Assembly (NCBI GenBank): GCA_964016885.1
Contig: OZ024746.1
Coordinates: 19,406,001 to 19,470,000, forward strand
Length of the DNA: 64,000 bases
DNA from: Eledone cirrhosa
Taxonomy: Eukaryota
Reading direction: 5' to 3'
Each line of letters begins with the position of its first letter. The stretch's first letter is position 1. Under the pieces are notes generated by a model. That model had not been told where the DNA came from and ran no database searches. It saw only the letters and a list, made by a program, of their open reading frames with translations. A program made the position numbers and the translations under genes. Below are positions 40,281 through 53,127 of this stretch, piece after piece.

Positions 40281-41599
40281 TAATACAAGTATTGATGACA
40301 CTAAAAGTAAAAGTAATGGAAGGTCCCTTTAGCCTGCAGTGGACAAGAAAACGTTGGGGGGCCTCATATTCTAAAAATTGTGATGGTAACTTATTTAAGA
40401 AGTTACAATGGGGATTTTGTAATATTTTTGTAATATATTGTAATATCAAAAAAAAATATATATATTTTTTACATCCACTTTTATTTTTGTAATTTAATTT
40501 TGCTTGTTCTACAATTTAGGATCTAAGTGCATGAATTGCCAGAAAGTGCACTTTTAGAGCAAACAGCATTAACACTAAAACATTAAACTATGATTTGACT
40601 AGATATTCAACTTAAATACAATAATTGCATAAAGGAGGTTAACAAAACAAAGCTTGAACTCATGACTTTTAGATCAATATATCAACTTGCCAGCCACTAT
40701 TAATGAAAACAGAGACTCAAAATTCAATACAGACTAAAAGGTGTTTGTGACTCAAGTACCAAATATACACAAATATAAGCCGACCCCCTTATTTTATGTC
40801 TAATAAATGAGCGAAAATCTCAGCCCCATTTAGAAACCTATGCAGCTTATCAACACATTTCACCATCAATTTTTTTTGGAGGGGGAGTCACATATTCCTT
40901 GGCTTATATTCGAGTATATATTGGTAAATTAGTTTAAAAATGAAACTCACAAAAACCAACTTACATATTATAATCATATTTAAGAAAAAACAAAACTTTC
41001 GAAGTACATCATCACATAGTTGTGTCATTAATAGTTACAAAAGATAAAAGAGAAATTAATTATATTATAAAGATTTCTATAGGTCGTCTACCTTCTGACT
41101 AGGTTAGGCTGATTATTCACTGATTAAATTACCGTTATGACAAGTGCAAAGGTAAGTTACAGTATAATTAAGAATGTTCGTTTTGCTTCTAACCAGCATG
41201 TTGAAAATGTTGCCACTTTGCATGTTGCTTCCTGTGATTTAGTCAAAAATAAAATACAATAAAAACAGTTCATGGATAAAGTCTATTTATTGCAACCACC
41301 ACTTATACACCGACTATTCAATGAGAATCTATAGCAAAGAGGAAAGAGAGAAAACAATTTGTTTATTTGTTCTTTTTCAGATATATTTAGTTGTGTATTG
41401 CAGTTAAGTACATGAAAGGATATTAATGAACGCACACATCTATCCAAACACACACACACACATCTATCCAAACACACACACACACACACATATATATATA
41501 GTCTCTTGAATGGCATGATTAAAGCTGATCGGTGGAGGAAAAATATTATTTTTTGTTTGTTGTTGTTTCTGAAATCGTCTTTTGTTCCATGCTTGCATG

Positions 41600-41875
41600 G
41601 GTCAGACGGGTCCTTCTCAGTATAACATCTCTTCACTTGTCGTGCTCCTTTGTCATCTCCTCTGTGAGCTTTTAGTGATCTGAGACCAGCACTCACCACT
41701 TCTATCCAGGTCTTCCTCTACTGTGGTTTCCTTCCATTGGGATTATTGGCGATCATCATCCATGCACATAACATGTCCATACCAACACAGTCTCTTCGCC
41801 AACACACGACTTCTGATTCCTCTTATACCCAGTCTCTCCCTCAGTTCATCCATGCTGTCATTCTCACACATTAAC
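41600..41875 (-). mobile_element. Degraded RTE LINE 3' fragment
   Basis: Minus strand encodes RRLCWYGHVM and GRPG*KW-like remnants. Confidence 0.55.
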
Positions 41876-42184
41876 ATTATTTATAAATATATTTGAGAAG
41901 GAAAAATATGGACGACTTAACATGTATATTGAAAGGTTACAATATTTCTTTGGCTATCTTTACCAATGAGAACACAGACTAAGATGAGATAAAATACATG
42001 AGACTTATATTTTATAGAAAATTTGATATAATATAGCAAGTGTACATGAAATGTGATAGTACTTCAAGACAACTAATTAGGAACCGATACACTTTATTGC
42101 TGCACTGATAAAATAATACAAGGTAGCCATTCCATAGGCAGTTTAATTGCCAATGATTGAAGATTTGGGGAGTTTCTTTCAGCT

Positions 42185-42648
42185 TTCTGAAAAATCACCC
42201 CGTCCACCCTGTAAGGTGGTTGTGTTGGTGACATGACAAAAAGCACCTGGTTCACTCTGTAAGGTGATCATGTTGATGAAACAGTAAAAAGCACCTGGCC
42301 CACCTTGTTCAGTGGTCATGTTGGTGACACAATAAACTGCACCCAGCCCACCCTGTAAAGTAGTCATGCTGGTGACATGACAAAAAACACAGAGCCCACT
42401 CTACAGGGTGGTCATGTTGGTAACATGACAAAAAGCACCCAGCCCACCCTGTAAGGTAGTCATGTTGGTACCGTGATAAAAAGTATCCAGTACACACTGT
42501 AAATGTGGCTGGTATTAGGAACGGCATCCAGCCGTAGAAACCAAGCCAAAATTAGCTCTGTTTGAGTAAGACACTTATCTGATCTGACTTGTCTCACAAC
42601 GGGACAACTCAGCATGTAAAATGGACATTAAACGATGATGATGATGAT
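42185..42648 (+). mobile_element. Repeat family C ((GAT)n-tailed, RTE-associated) with a head array of 48-bp units
   Basis: 6 full and 1 partial 48-bp units (AAAAAGCACCCAGCCCACCCTGTAAGGTRGTCATGTTGGT..), then AGGAACGGCATCCAGCCGTAGAAA and GGACATTAAACGATGATGAT. Relatives at ~2965(-), ~6560, ~16120, ~38620(-), ~57335 and ~60285. Confidence 0.78.
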
Positions 42649-44104
42649 CTGTACATATCGCATAAATGTTGATAACAATCTACCCAAGATAAGACAGGCA
42701 TACTAGTTATTCTCTGAATTGGGTTAAAATTGATCAACATAATCTAATTGCATGTGTTCACTATAGAAACAACACTGCCTTATTGCAGGAAAGATAATTT
42801 GAAAATGCCATGTAAAAGTTATTATTACTTTTATGTGAAGATATTACAGAATAGTTAATAGGTAAGAAAATGTGAGACATCCACTCAGCAAAGTGTCTAT
42901 AAAGACTGAAGGAGTTTATGTGAGCCAAGAAAATAACTGAAAATTTAGAGTCATAAAATCTTGCTGCACTTCACTGTACTTACTGCCAACTCTTTTTACC
43001 TTCCTGGTTGCATCTATATACATGGCATTCATATATATGTTATATGTTAGTTTATTAACAAAGAGAAAGGAATGATTGTATTTCGCTAGTTTTAAGAGGT
43101 GTAAGCAGGTTTAGTTTACAGAAGGATATGTGAGTTAATTTAATTTAATGGAGAGAGAGAGAGAGAGGGGGGGAGAGAGAGAGGGAGGGAGAGAGAGAGA
43201 GAGAGGGAGGGAGAGAGAGAGAGACTATCTTACTAAGTTCTAAGTTGATCTTCCTTTTGGTAGATAAACCCACAAACGAAGGAGGGAAATAAATATCCAT
43301 GCAGTTGAAATTATTCAAATAGTTATAGAGTGCAACACAAGATGTTGTACAGGCAGTGGCCAGATATTAAATGTGTTACAGAATTTCTAAATCTGCACAT
43401 GGCAGACTGGTAGTTTGGACTTCAACTTCAGTATAATGGTATGATTTATGAGGGTGGGCTGAAAAGTTCATAACCTGATTATGAGCTGTGAAATCTTGCA
43501 TGCATTCATTTCAACTCTACTTATCAATAACTGCATTGTTTCTCTCCAGTGACTATGTTGAAAAATGAACCTCAATTTGTCATTCCATGACCCTTGTGTG
43601 TGTGAATATTTAATTGGCTGCGCTGTGTCCAGGGTAAAGTCCACACTGTATGTCAACTTGACAATATCCTTACATCTCTTTGCCAGACACTTAGCATAGA
43701 CTCTACCAGGGAGGCTTAACAAAGAGATACCATATAATTAGTACAATTTCTCATGTCTCCCTTTTTGAAAATTGCAGGAGCTGGTGCAGTAATGTGCCAG
43801 CTTCAGCATTTAGTCATCAGAAGAAAAGTAAGTGTAAAAACTAAACTTGCTTTCTTCTTCAATTCGTTGTTTGTGCCTACCCTTACCTATGGTCTTGATG
43901 AAAAGAATATAATCGCAAATAGTTTCCAAAATGGGGTTCCTCCGAAGGATCTGGAATAACAGTACCTAGCTTGGAGAACAGAGATTTCCTACAGGTAGAG
44001 CTGCTAATTTTCCTCATCAAGAAATCACAGCTCTGGTACTACTGACATGTGGTCAGAATATATAAGGAAAGATCTTACAGGATCTTACAGTAAAGTGTAA
44101 ACAA

Positions 44105-44292
44105 ATTGGCATATAGGTGGTGCCAGATGCACAATAACATATGTGGAGGAGGAGGTGAGACGGAAGTTTTTGACAGTAATGTGTACCAAAGTTGGCTTGG
44201 TGTAGGTGGTGCCAAATGCACAATAACGTGTGGAGGAGGAGGTGCGACAGGAATTTCCGACTGTAATAATGTATCAAAGTTGCCTTGGTGTA
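44105..44292. repeat. ~90-bp tandem duplication
   Basis: GGTGGTGCCARATGCACAATAAC..TGTGGAGGAGGAGGTG..CAAAGTTG.CTTGGTGTA occurs twice. Confidence 0.75.
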
Positions 44293-44913
44293 AAAGTAAT
44301 AAGGTGAAACCTGAAGTTTATTCTCATTAACATAATTTTCAACCCCACCCCTTAAATATTCAATTTTTTCCCCTGTGGGGCATGCAACCCACGTTGGGAA
44401 TCTTCACCCATTTATTCCTGAGAGGGTTGTGAGGGGCAGAGTCCTCAAACACTCCTTCCAGCAGGTACTGTCAGATGCAACCATCTCCAATTGATCTGGC
44501 GAAACCAGCCAAGCTCATTGATGTTATCCAACCATCTTACCCAGAGTCTACCCCTGGCTCTCCTTGCTGGTTGGTTTTGCCTGTTGGGAATCACTGATTT
44601 AAATAACTACACCTCCTAACATCAATTGGCCTTATGTTCAATCAAATACATTCATTGTTTTTATTACTATTGTATACTTTACTTTTGAATAGTTATTTAA
44701 TGAATTTGGAATTTTTTCTTAAATCTGAAAGTGAATTTAAGTGCAACAATCAAATAGTTTGACAGTATGTTGTCATAGCAATTCAACAAAAAATAAAAAT
44801 ATGTCAAATGTGGATTTTCATAACAAAATGTTTAATGTGTATAATATGTGGAAAAGAATGTAGTAGAGTATCAAAAGATAATGAAAATAATGACAAAAGA
44901 GAATCCTTTAGAG

Positions 44914-45250
44914 CCATGATTCTCAACTTGGGCACTTAGGACCACAAGTGGGACTGAGAAATCTTTTTAATGGGCCAAGTTGAACCAAGGAAAATTTATT
45001 GCAGATTGAAAAGAGAGGAGACTTACACCTGAAGCTGAACCAAGACTTAGAAGTTCAACTTGACAAGCTGATAGATAAATACCAAAAGCAGTGTAGTCAT
45101 TAGTTAGGATTTATATTTTCTAATACATTTTTGCTTTGGTAAATAAAATGTATTTTCTGATATATGCAATTTCTATTTGTGCTGATGAGAGCTTGAAAAT
45201 TTTTTTACACCAAAAATGAGCCACAAGGAAGAAAAGGTAGAGAAACAATG
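44914..45250 (+). mobile_element. Non-autonomous hAT (Charlie/Buster-type) element
   Basis: 8-bp TSD CTTTAGAG (44906-13 and 45251-58). Degenerate TIRs CCATGATTCTCAAC / GTAGAGAAACAATG. Internal RGDLHLKLNQDLEVQLDKLIDKYQKQCSH* resembles a Charlie transposase C-terminus. Confidence 0.8.
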
Positions 45251-46444
45251 CTTTAGAGCTTCTTCAAAACATTTGAGCAACAATGGAGGGCTAAGAGCAA
45301 ATTTGAGTGGATGAGTGAAATTATATAGAAGCAGCTGGAACATCACATATTATCAAATCTACTTCTATTTTACTTTCTTTACAATGAACATCTGTCAATT
45401 AAAAGTGCTTTTTTTACATAGCAATTACTGTTTGACATGTCTACGGTGGCTTTGTCTTTCTTTTTTTCTTGTAAATCATAAGAGCTTCTTGCAATGAAAA
45501 CAATGAGAAGTTTCAGCTATCATAAAAAGAGATTGATAGAAAATTAAAACCCATCAAATCTTTTAAATAAAATAAAACTTGTTGAAGAAAGAGGGGGGAG
45601 GGACTGAACGGATGCTATTATAAAATAGATAAAACTTTTAAATATAAATAATAATAGAAACAACTAGACATATTATACTTACTAATCTGAGATTTTATTA
45701 TATATATATATTTTTTTTACAAATTGCGGATTAATTCTATTTTTATGAAACAACAACAACAAATACAATGGTAGTAGTAGTGAGTGGAGTTATAGCGGTA
45801 ATGACTAGAGATAGGCTGGCTACGTCATTACACTCATACAAAGGGAAACAGTAGTGGGTGGATCTACAGGGTATTTTCTCTGTAAATAATGCCTGGAGGA
45901 CAGTAAACGAGTGCATAACAAAAGCATTAAGGATATTATGTATGAATTAAATCCTCTACACATAAAATAAAATAAAAAGCCAGCTACCACTCACTACAGG
46001 TGTCGAGAATGAAACAATAATACAAATATTACTGTCATACAATTGCATTACTACTTTTCTAATTTAGAAACCACGATGATGAATTCAGACTATAAGGATA
46101 CTGCAGCTAGTGTTTGTACGCTAACTGATAAGTTATGAGTCATAGACCCAGGGTCGAACTTTCACCTGCTGAGTGAGGCCCTAAGCTATATGAAATTTGA
46201 GGCCTTCTCTAAACAAATGCGGACAAAAATATTTTAAATAATTATACATGATTATTATTTTTTATATTAATGTCAATGATAAAGAATAAACAATATGTGT
46301 GAGAGAGAGAGTGTGAGAGAGAGAGACTGACTAAGTTATAGCTTATTTCATTCAGAGGTAAATCCAGCACTGCATATTCCTAGTTGGATATGTAGAATGG
46401 GAATGAGGTGACGATTTTAAAGCAATATTAATATATGAAACATG

Positions 46445-46632
46445 GCCAGTGGATTGGCAGTATCGGTAGAGGGTCGGACGCCATGCTTTGACGCATAGAG
46501 TTACGGCCCTTGCCATTCTGAGTTCAAATCCCGCCGAGGTTAACTTTGCCTTTCATCCTTATGGGGTCGATAAAATAAAGTACCAGTAATACACTGGGTA
46601 TTTGCTGGCCTTGTGCCAAAAGTAGAAACAAT
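46445..46632 (+). mobile_element. SINE family A (tRNA-derived head, Deu/Nin-like central domain), young copy
   Basis: A box TGGCAGTATCGGT, B box GAGTTCAAATCCC, core GCCTTTCATCCTT..GGGTCGATAAAATAAAGTACCAG. 18-bp TSD ATTAATATATGAAACATG (46427-44 and 46631-48). About 18 copies in the window. Confidence 0.88.
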
Positions 46633-47962
46633 TAATATATGAAACATGTGGATATTTGAAAAAACAAATAAGCTGAAATTCTTCAGCTTACAATGAACTT
46701 ATTGAATACCTCTCAACCTGTCAAGCAATTTCCTACAAATATTTTACAATAAACGTTTCATAGTAAAAATACACCAGTAGCTGTTCAAATGCACGTCTTA
46801 AAAGTTTACCGAAGTTTTCTTTTGAAATAGATTGTAATCTCGATATACAATTTAACATTAATACGTATGGCATATATACGAAATTAACAAATTTTATTAA
46901 ATAAATCGAACTTTTGATTATGTTAGATTATTTCAAAAGAATGTAACCTAGATTTAACGTAATTTTTAGTATGAAATTCCAGATATCAATAACTGAACCA
47001 GATGATTTTGTTGTTAAGCAGGTATAAACAAATATAGATCCTGTTTATTGTGATTGGAAATAAGGGAAATAAAGGGAGGCTACTCTTCTTTACTTTCCAA
47101 ACCAAAGTTACACCAGTAACGTTAAGTCCTTTCCTTAGCCGTTCATTGCAAATTCTTCCCTGCAAGTTCAAATACCGCCGGGGTCGATAAAAAAAAAAAT
47201 ACCAGTCTAGTACTGAGGTCGAGTAATTTAATTTGAGATCACAAACGAAATTGTTGACATTGTGCCTAAATTAGAAACCATATACGAGAGGAGTGGAGAG
47301 GGGGGCTGCTGAAAACTTCTCGCCTTTACCTATTTCCCAAATCTATATCTATAATAATAATAATGAAATTATGGATTAATTTATTTCACTGTCTCACATT
47401 ATACACACATATATGCACATATATATGTGTGCGTGTGTGTGGTACATACACATATACTTTTGTTTAAACTCCCTTTTTCCGCTTGGATACTATAACATAA
47501 CATAAGCTAAAATAGGGGATTACGTGAGCAAGTTGATTAAGGAGACTGCTTTATTTATGTGTCCCAGCCTTTGCCTGAAGGCAAAAAGGACACAAAGGTG
47601 TTTCCTCTCAAGTTATTAGCTATGACTGTACTGTGTTGGCAACTAACGAGAATTGCGTTTTAAATACTTCCCAATTGTTGTTGTTGTTTTTTCATTAAAA
47701 TATAATAAATGATGAAAATGACGAAAATGAAAGAGAGAATGATGATGTGATCTCCCGTTCTTCATGTGAAATCGTGTGTTGAAACCGATATTGTTATATT
47801 TGGGGATGGTCACGTTGTCAATATTGCCATTTGAAAGAAACACACGCACCAATAATTTTTCACTTTACTTTTATCTTCATTCTTCGTTATTCATTTGTTT
47901 GTCAAAGTTCTTTCGTCAACATTCGGTGCGTGTGTTTCTTACTATTCTCAACATGACCATCT

Positions 47963-47998
<36 letters not shown>

Positions 47999-48077
47999 TT
48001 CGATTTTACTAAGCTTCCTCGTGTGTCACTTCTCTACATTATATATATATATATATATAATGTAGAGAAGTGACACA

Positions 48078-48142
<65 letters not shown>

Positions 48143-48346
48143 GAAGTATTTCCGTAGGAAGCTTAGTAAAATCGAAGCTTTGGCTGTGGCCAAGCTAACG
48201 ACCTACAATTAGGAATGTACAACAAAGCACTCAATAAGGTTGTAGGTCTTAGAGTAATAACATACGCTTAGACAGCTTGACAAATTGGAAATTGCAGCAG
48301 GTAAACCTAGCCACACAATACCAAAACAACGAAAAAACTAATCAGG

Positions 48347-48386
<40 letters not shown>

Positions 48387-48650
48387 AATGCGGGTAAAAT
48401 TCCCGAGATCCATGGACGAGTTCTCTCCAGCGGTCTCTGTCCCTCATTATCGCTGCCATGTCCTGCGTCTCCAACAGACCAGTGTCTGTCCTTAGGGCAT
48501 CAACATACGTTAACCTTGGTCTTCCTCTTCTAGTGTGTCCATGTAGGTAGGGGCTCCCAAAGGAGCACTGAGTACAATGTCAACTCTGGATGTCGGTGAG
48601 CATGTCCAGCTAACCTCAGTCTCCTCTGTGTCACTTTTGAGCTGACTTTT

Positions 48651-48652
<2 letters not shown>
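48387..48652 (-). mobile_element. RTE-like LINE 3' end between (TA)n tracts (sister of 39045-39293)
   Basis: Reverse-complement similarity to 39045-39293. Confidence 0.8.
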
Positions 48653-48707
<55 letters not shown>

Positions 48708-48767
48708 TGGAAAATACATACATTACGCACACACATTCTCTTTGTTAAGGTCAAGTTTGTACTCATA

Positions 48768-48823
48768 GGATCATCTGATGAACCTAAAAATACAAAGTAG
48801 TGGAAACTCCAGAGTAACGAGAC
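48768..48823 (+). ncRNA. Degenerate hammerhead motif, same family as 56557-56611
   Basis: CTGATGA at 48775-81 and an identical GAAACTCCAGAGTA core half. Stems I and II are eroded. Confidence 0.5.
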
Positions 48824-49159
48824 TCAAATTTGGCCTCAAGAAAGAAAATATGAATCCCTACTCTGGTATTGAGCACTAAGCATATATACACACGCACACA
48901 TACACATTTACTTTATTGAACTATTATGAATACAAAGGTTATCCCAAATAATACTATAATTCTAATTCCCGGGAATCTTTCTATCTTTATGTTAAAACAT
49001 GAAATATGAAAATCAAAATCTCTCTGATTCATCCAGGACGTTGCGTAAACACGCGTTAGAAATAGTGTTCTCACCGTGGCTTGTATTTATCGGGGGTAAC
49101 CACAATAAGTGAAGAACTCAATACATTAGTAGAGCACATGCAAAATTTAATATAGAAAT

Positions 49160-49211
49160 GGCTTCTACAGGAGTGGAACTGTTTCATTCGAAATAAATCA
49201 TCAGGAAAGCT
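49160..49211 (-). ncRNA. Type I hammerhead motif, same family as 62520-62574
   Basis: Minus strand: GCTTTC-CTGATGA-tttatttcgaat-GAAA-CAG ttccactc CTG-TA-GAAGCC. Confidence 0.62.
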
Positions 49212-49255
49212 TGATAATTTCTTTCGAATTAAACAGTTCTAGTCCTGTAGAAGCC

Positions 49256-49312
<57 letters not shown>

Positions 49313-49387
49313 CAACATGAATGGACCTGTTATTTTTATCTAAAGACATACTTTTTCAATTCCGCCACACCCGTCCCTTCAATCTAT

Positions 49388-49428
49388 CTAATTTCTGATG
49401 AACGACTAGCGTCCGAAACGTTAAGACC
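49388..49428 (+). ncRNA. Minimal hammerhead motif (GAAACGTT type)
   Basis: TTT-CTGATGA-ac GAC tagc GTC c-GAAACGTT-AAG. Palindromic AACGTT replaces stem III and stem I is weak. The downstream tail (49440-49510) recurs inverted at ~19510-19580. Confidence 0.55.
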
Positions 49429-49511
49429 CTCTTCCTGCTATTTCAAGCGTTAACCTAATATATTCCTTCCATATACTGTACCGATTGTGTTGTTATTTCT
49501 GTTTACCTTTT

Positions 49512-49588
<77 letters not shown>

Positions 49589-50710
49589 CATATATATACA
49601 TACACACATACATATAACAATATGAGATGACAGAATTCTTTAAACCATTTAATAGCTTTATATTATATATATAGCTTTCAATACATCTTATTTAATTAAA
49701 GCTTGTTATTTCAATTTAGTTAAGGAGGAAACATTTTAAGCATAACAAAGCATTATTAAATATTGTATATCTTTAGAAACACTATGATTATACAATTATC
49801 TGGGATTCAGCAAGCAACACACACAATATACACATACAAGTTGTTGAAATTTTAGAGAATCAACAATCTACGCGTCCTTCGATCTATATATGACCAACTT
49901 TATAAAATTTGATAAGATATTGAATTTAATAAGTTATTAAATTTAATAAGTTATTAAATTTAATAAGATATTGAAATAAGATATTAATAAGTTATTAAAT
50001 TTTCAACAAATGTTGAGGGGATTTAATAACTTATTAAACATTACAGGTGCCAGCTCTAAAACAATGTCTTCTTTAAATCTATATATCCATAAAAAATATC
50101 TCATATAACATAACTTGCATTTTATATACTTGAAAAGTGTGTTGGGAGATCATATTTCATACTTTTGAAACAACCCTGACAGTTTCTGTCAGGTTTTAAC
50201 GTATGTAAAAATGATGAATGAGATTAAAAATATCGTAATTACAATAGCGAAATCGCTACATGTACCTAAAATAAAATAGAGCTGTAACAAAGCAATCACG
50301 TGCGTATTTGAAAGTATGAATGCAAACAAAGATCTGTAGGTCAAGTAGAATATATTAGTTTTCTTTCAAACATATTAGGGCCTGGTTTTTTAAGTCTGAC
50401 GTTTTGCTGAGAGCTAGGATTAAGCGTCCGATAAAAACTTTACATACATCACGACTTAAGTATGAATGAAAACTGATGCTTAGGTTTCTTCTCTACATTA
50501 TGAAATAAAACGCACGCACACACATTCATATACTTTAACATCGAACCCATGCCAGCTAAATGACGATGAGACATACACACATTCATATATGTTAACGTTT
50601 AACCCATACCAACAGGTAAAACACGGATGTTAAATGACTATCACACACTCATATACACACCCACACACACACCCAAAAGCAAGCTTATCTTCGTTTTAAA
50701 TTCTTTTCTT

Positions 50711-50800
50711 TATTTTCCCCCAGTTCCCACAAAATATTAATGATTTTCCCCCAGTTCCCACAAAATATTAATTATTTTCCCCCAGTTCCCACAAAATATT
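50711..50800. repeat. 31-bp tandem repeat, 3 copies
   Basis: TTTTCCCCCAGTTCCCACAAAATATTAAT repeated. Confidence 0.9.
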
Positions 50801-52151
50801 CAATGTCAATTATTTTCATTCACGTTTTGCAATAATCCAGGGCTACAATATTTTGTATTATGCACCAAGTTTAGGGCGATGGGTTGGTAGAACAACGGAC
50901 AACATGTATTGTGACATATAGTTACGTCCCTTTACGCTCTGAGTTAAAGTCCTGCTCAAGTTAGCTTTGACTTTCATCCTTACGAGATCCTTGTGCCTAA
51001 ATCAGAACCACGACATAGCAAGATTTACATAACTATTAAAGATAGGTAATATTAAGGAAAGTAGGCTTGCGCCCATATATATGCGAACACATATGTATGT
51101 GGTTAACCACGGAGTTCCAAGTTCGATCTACTGAGCGACATTTTTTTTTTGGGGGGGGGGGGTATTTTCACTGATAGCCTCAGTGAAATTTGGGAAAAGC
51201 CTATCTTCTACGTGTATGTTCAATTGGTTCCAGTAATCTGACTGTGGCCATGCCGGGGGGGGGGGGGGGGGGGGGGCGGTCGTCTTAAAAAGAATTTGTC
51301 GAGCATAACGACCTCAGTACTTATTTTATCGACTTCCTTTTGTCGAACCCACAAGTTGCAGGACACACACATATATAACCATTTTGACGGGCTTCCGTCC
51401 AGTTTTCGCTAACCAAATTTCACTCACAAGGCCCTGCCCAACTCGAGGATATAGTAAAAAAAACAAAAACACACTTGTCTAAAGTGTAACGTAGTCCCAG
51501 ACCAGTTCTTCAAACTGCCTGGGGAACCGGTAGCATGCCGCTCACCGGGGAAACTCCAGAGTATCAACAAGAAGTCTCTATATTGACTTTAATAAAACTA
51601 CGTGTGTTAGTTTTATATCAACCTGCAGGTGGACAAAAATTAAAATATTTTGCAGCAGAAATTGGGTCCTTCCGAGTGATCTCCCTTTATTTTAATGTCC
51701 ACTTCATATTTTGTCCCTTAAGAAATGGGGGTGGGTGGGGTGGGACATCCGAGGTAAAGCAGTTATAATTGTTTAAAACCCCTGAAGGCGTTGCCCTATC
51801 ATGACCGCAGTCCAATGACTGAAACCAGTGAAATAAATGAATACACGAAGAAAAAAAATGAATGGGAAAAGAGGAAAAGTAAAAATTAGATGGATGGATA
51901 AAATACGAAGAAATTTTTTTTTAAAAAGCGGGATGGGGGGGGGGGGGGTGATCGACAATATCCGACCTCACTCGCTTACCGAGTGGAGATGGAACTCGTC
52001 AAATCAGACCAAGGAAACAATGTTTCCAGTGGTATTTCCATTGCTGACACTATCTACCTATCACAACTACTTAAGCGATATAAAAAAAAAACAGCAGCAC
52101 AAGAAAGGGCCGAGATGGTGAATCATGGTATTTGAGAGCAGACGATACTTA

Positions 52152-52338
52152 ATAATTGTTTCTACTTTTAGCACAAGGCTAGCAATTAGCCAGTGCATTA
52201 CTGATACTTTATTTTATTGACCCCGTAAGGATGAAAGGCAAAGTTAACCTCGACGGGATTTGAACTCAGACCGTAAAGGGACGTAACTATGCTGGAAAGC
52301 ATGGCGTCCAACCCTCTACCGATACTGCCAATTCACCC
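52152..52338 (-). mobile_element. SINE family A
   Basis: Family A match. Another minus-strand copy is at 59518-59704. Confidence 0.82.
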
Positions 52339-53001
52339 GATATTCAGATGATACTTAAAAATGATGATGAGCGTGTGTGTGTCTGTGTCGTTTTACAAAC
52401 AGTTCTGCATACTATAGGTAAAAAAATTTACCAAAACAAAAGTTTTGTTACACACATACTTTGTTTGGTATGTAATTTTTCGTCAGACACACGTATAAAC
52501 ATATGGAAGAAACTTCCGGAAATAAATGCGAGTATGGAAACACATCTTTCCCTCGACTTCAAAAGTCAATGGATTAGTAAGTAATAGGTTCGTTGTTGTA
52601 GCCTTTTCTTAGTCCACACGCCCATCAAATCACTCTAGATTATATGAATATAAATAAAGAGTCGTTCGAAAAATTATCAAGATATGCAAGCCCATATCTC
52701 AACACAACTTGTTCAATAAAGTCTTCAACAGTCAACAAATACACGATAATGATAAAACGCAAGCAATTGTAATATGTTTAACATGGGACACCAGAACATA
52801 TTGAAGTGTGTGTGTATGTATATATATATATATATAATATATATATATATTACTGTTCCTAACGACATTTAAAAAAAATTATATTGGTGGAGCTGACTTT
52901 AGGTTCTATAAGTGACTACCTGTAGCACTTTGATTAACCTATACTTTTGACAAGACAATAAGATTAAAAAATCATATATATATATATATATATATATACA
53001 T

Positions 53002-53127
53002 AACGAAGGAAGTGTGGTAAGGAATCAGCTGGACCATAACGCACCAGAGTACTCGATACTATGGGTAGTAGGAGTTCAGAACTAGCTGTCGAAATGGCCG
53101 GAGCTCAGTCGTCGTCGGGGTCCTGAC
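53002..53127 (-). mobile_element. Second copy of the 16391-16558 family, with an internal inversion
   Basis: 53002-53075 is the reverse complement of the 16485-16558 tail. It is followed by GTCGAAATGGCCGGAGCTCAGTCGTC in the opposite orientation. Microsatellite flanks. Confidence 0.6.

Noticed and set aside
42185-42510. Regular 48-bp array as a CRISPR
   Set aside because: The whole unit is repeated with diffuse divergence and belongs to repeat family C.
45176-45205. CTGATGA-GAGCTT-GAAA hammerhead-like core
   Set aside because: No room for a stem II loop and no stem I or III pairing. It lies inside the hAT element and is probably chance.
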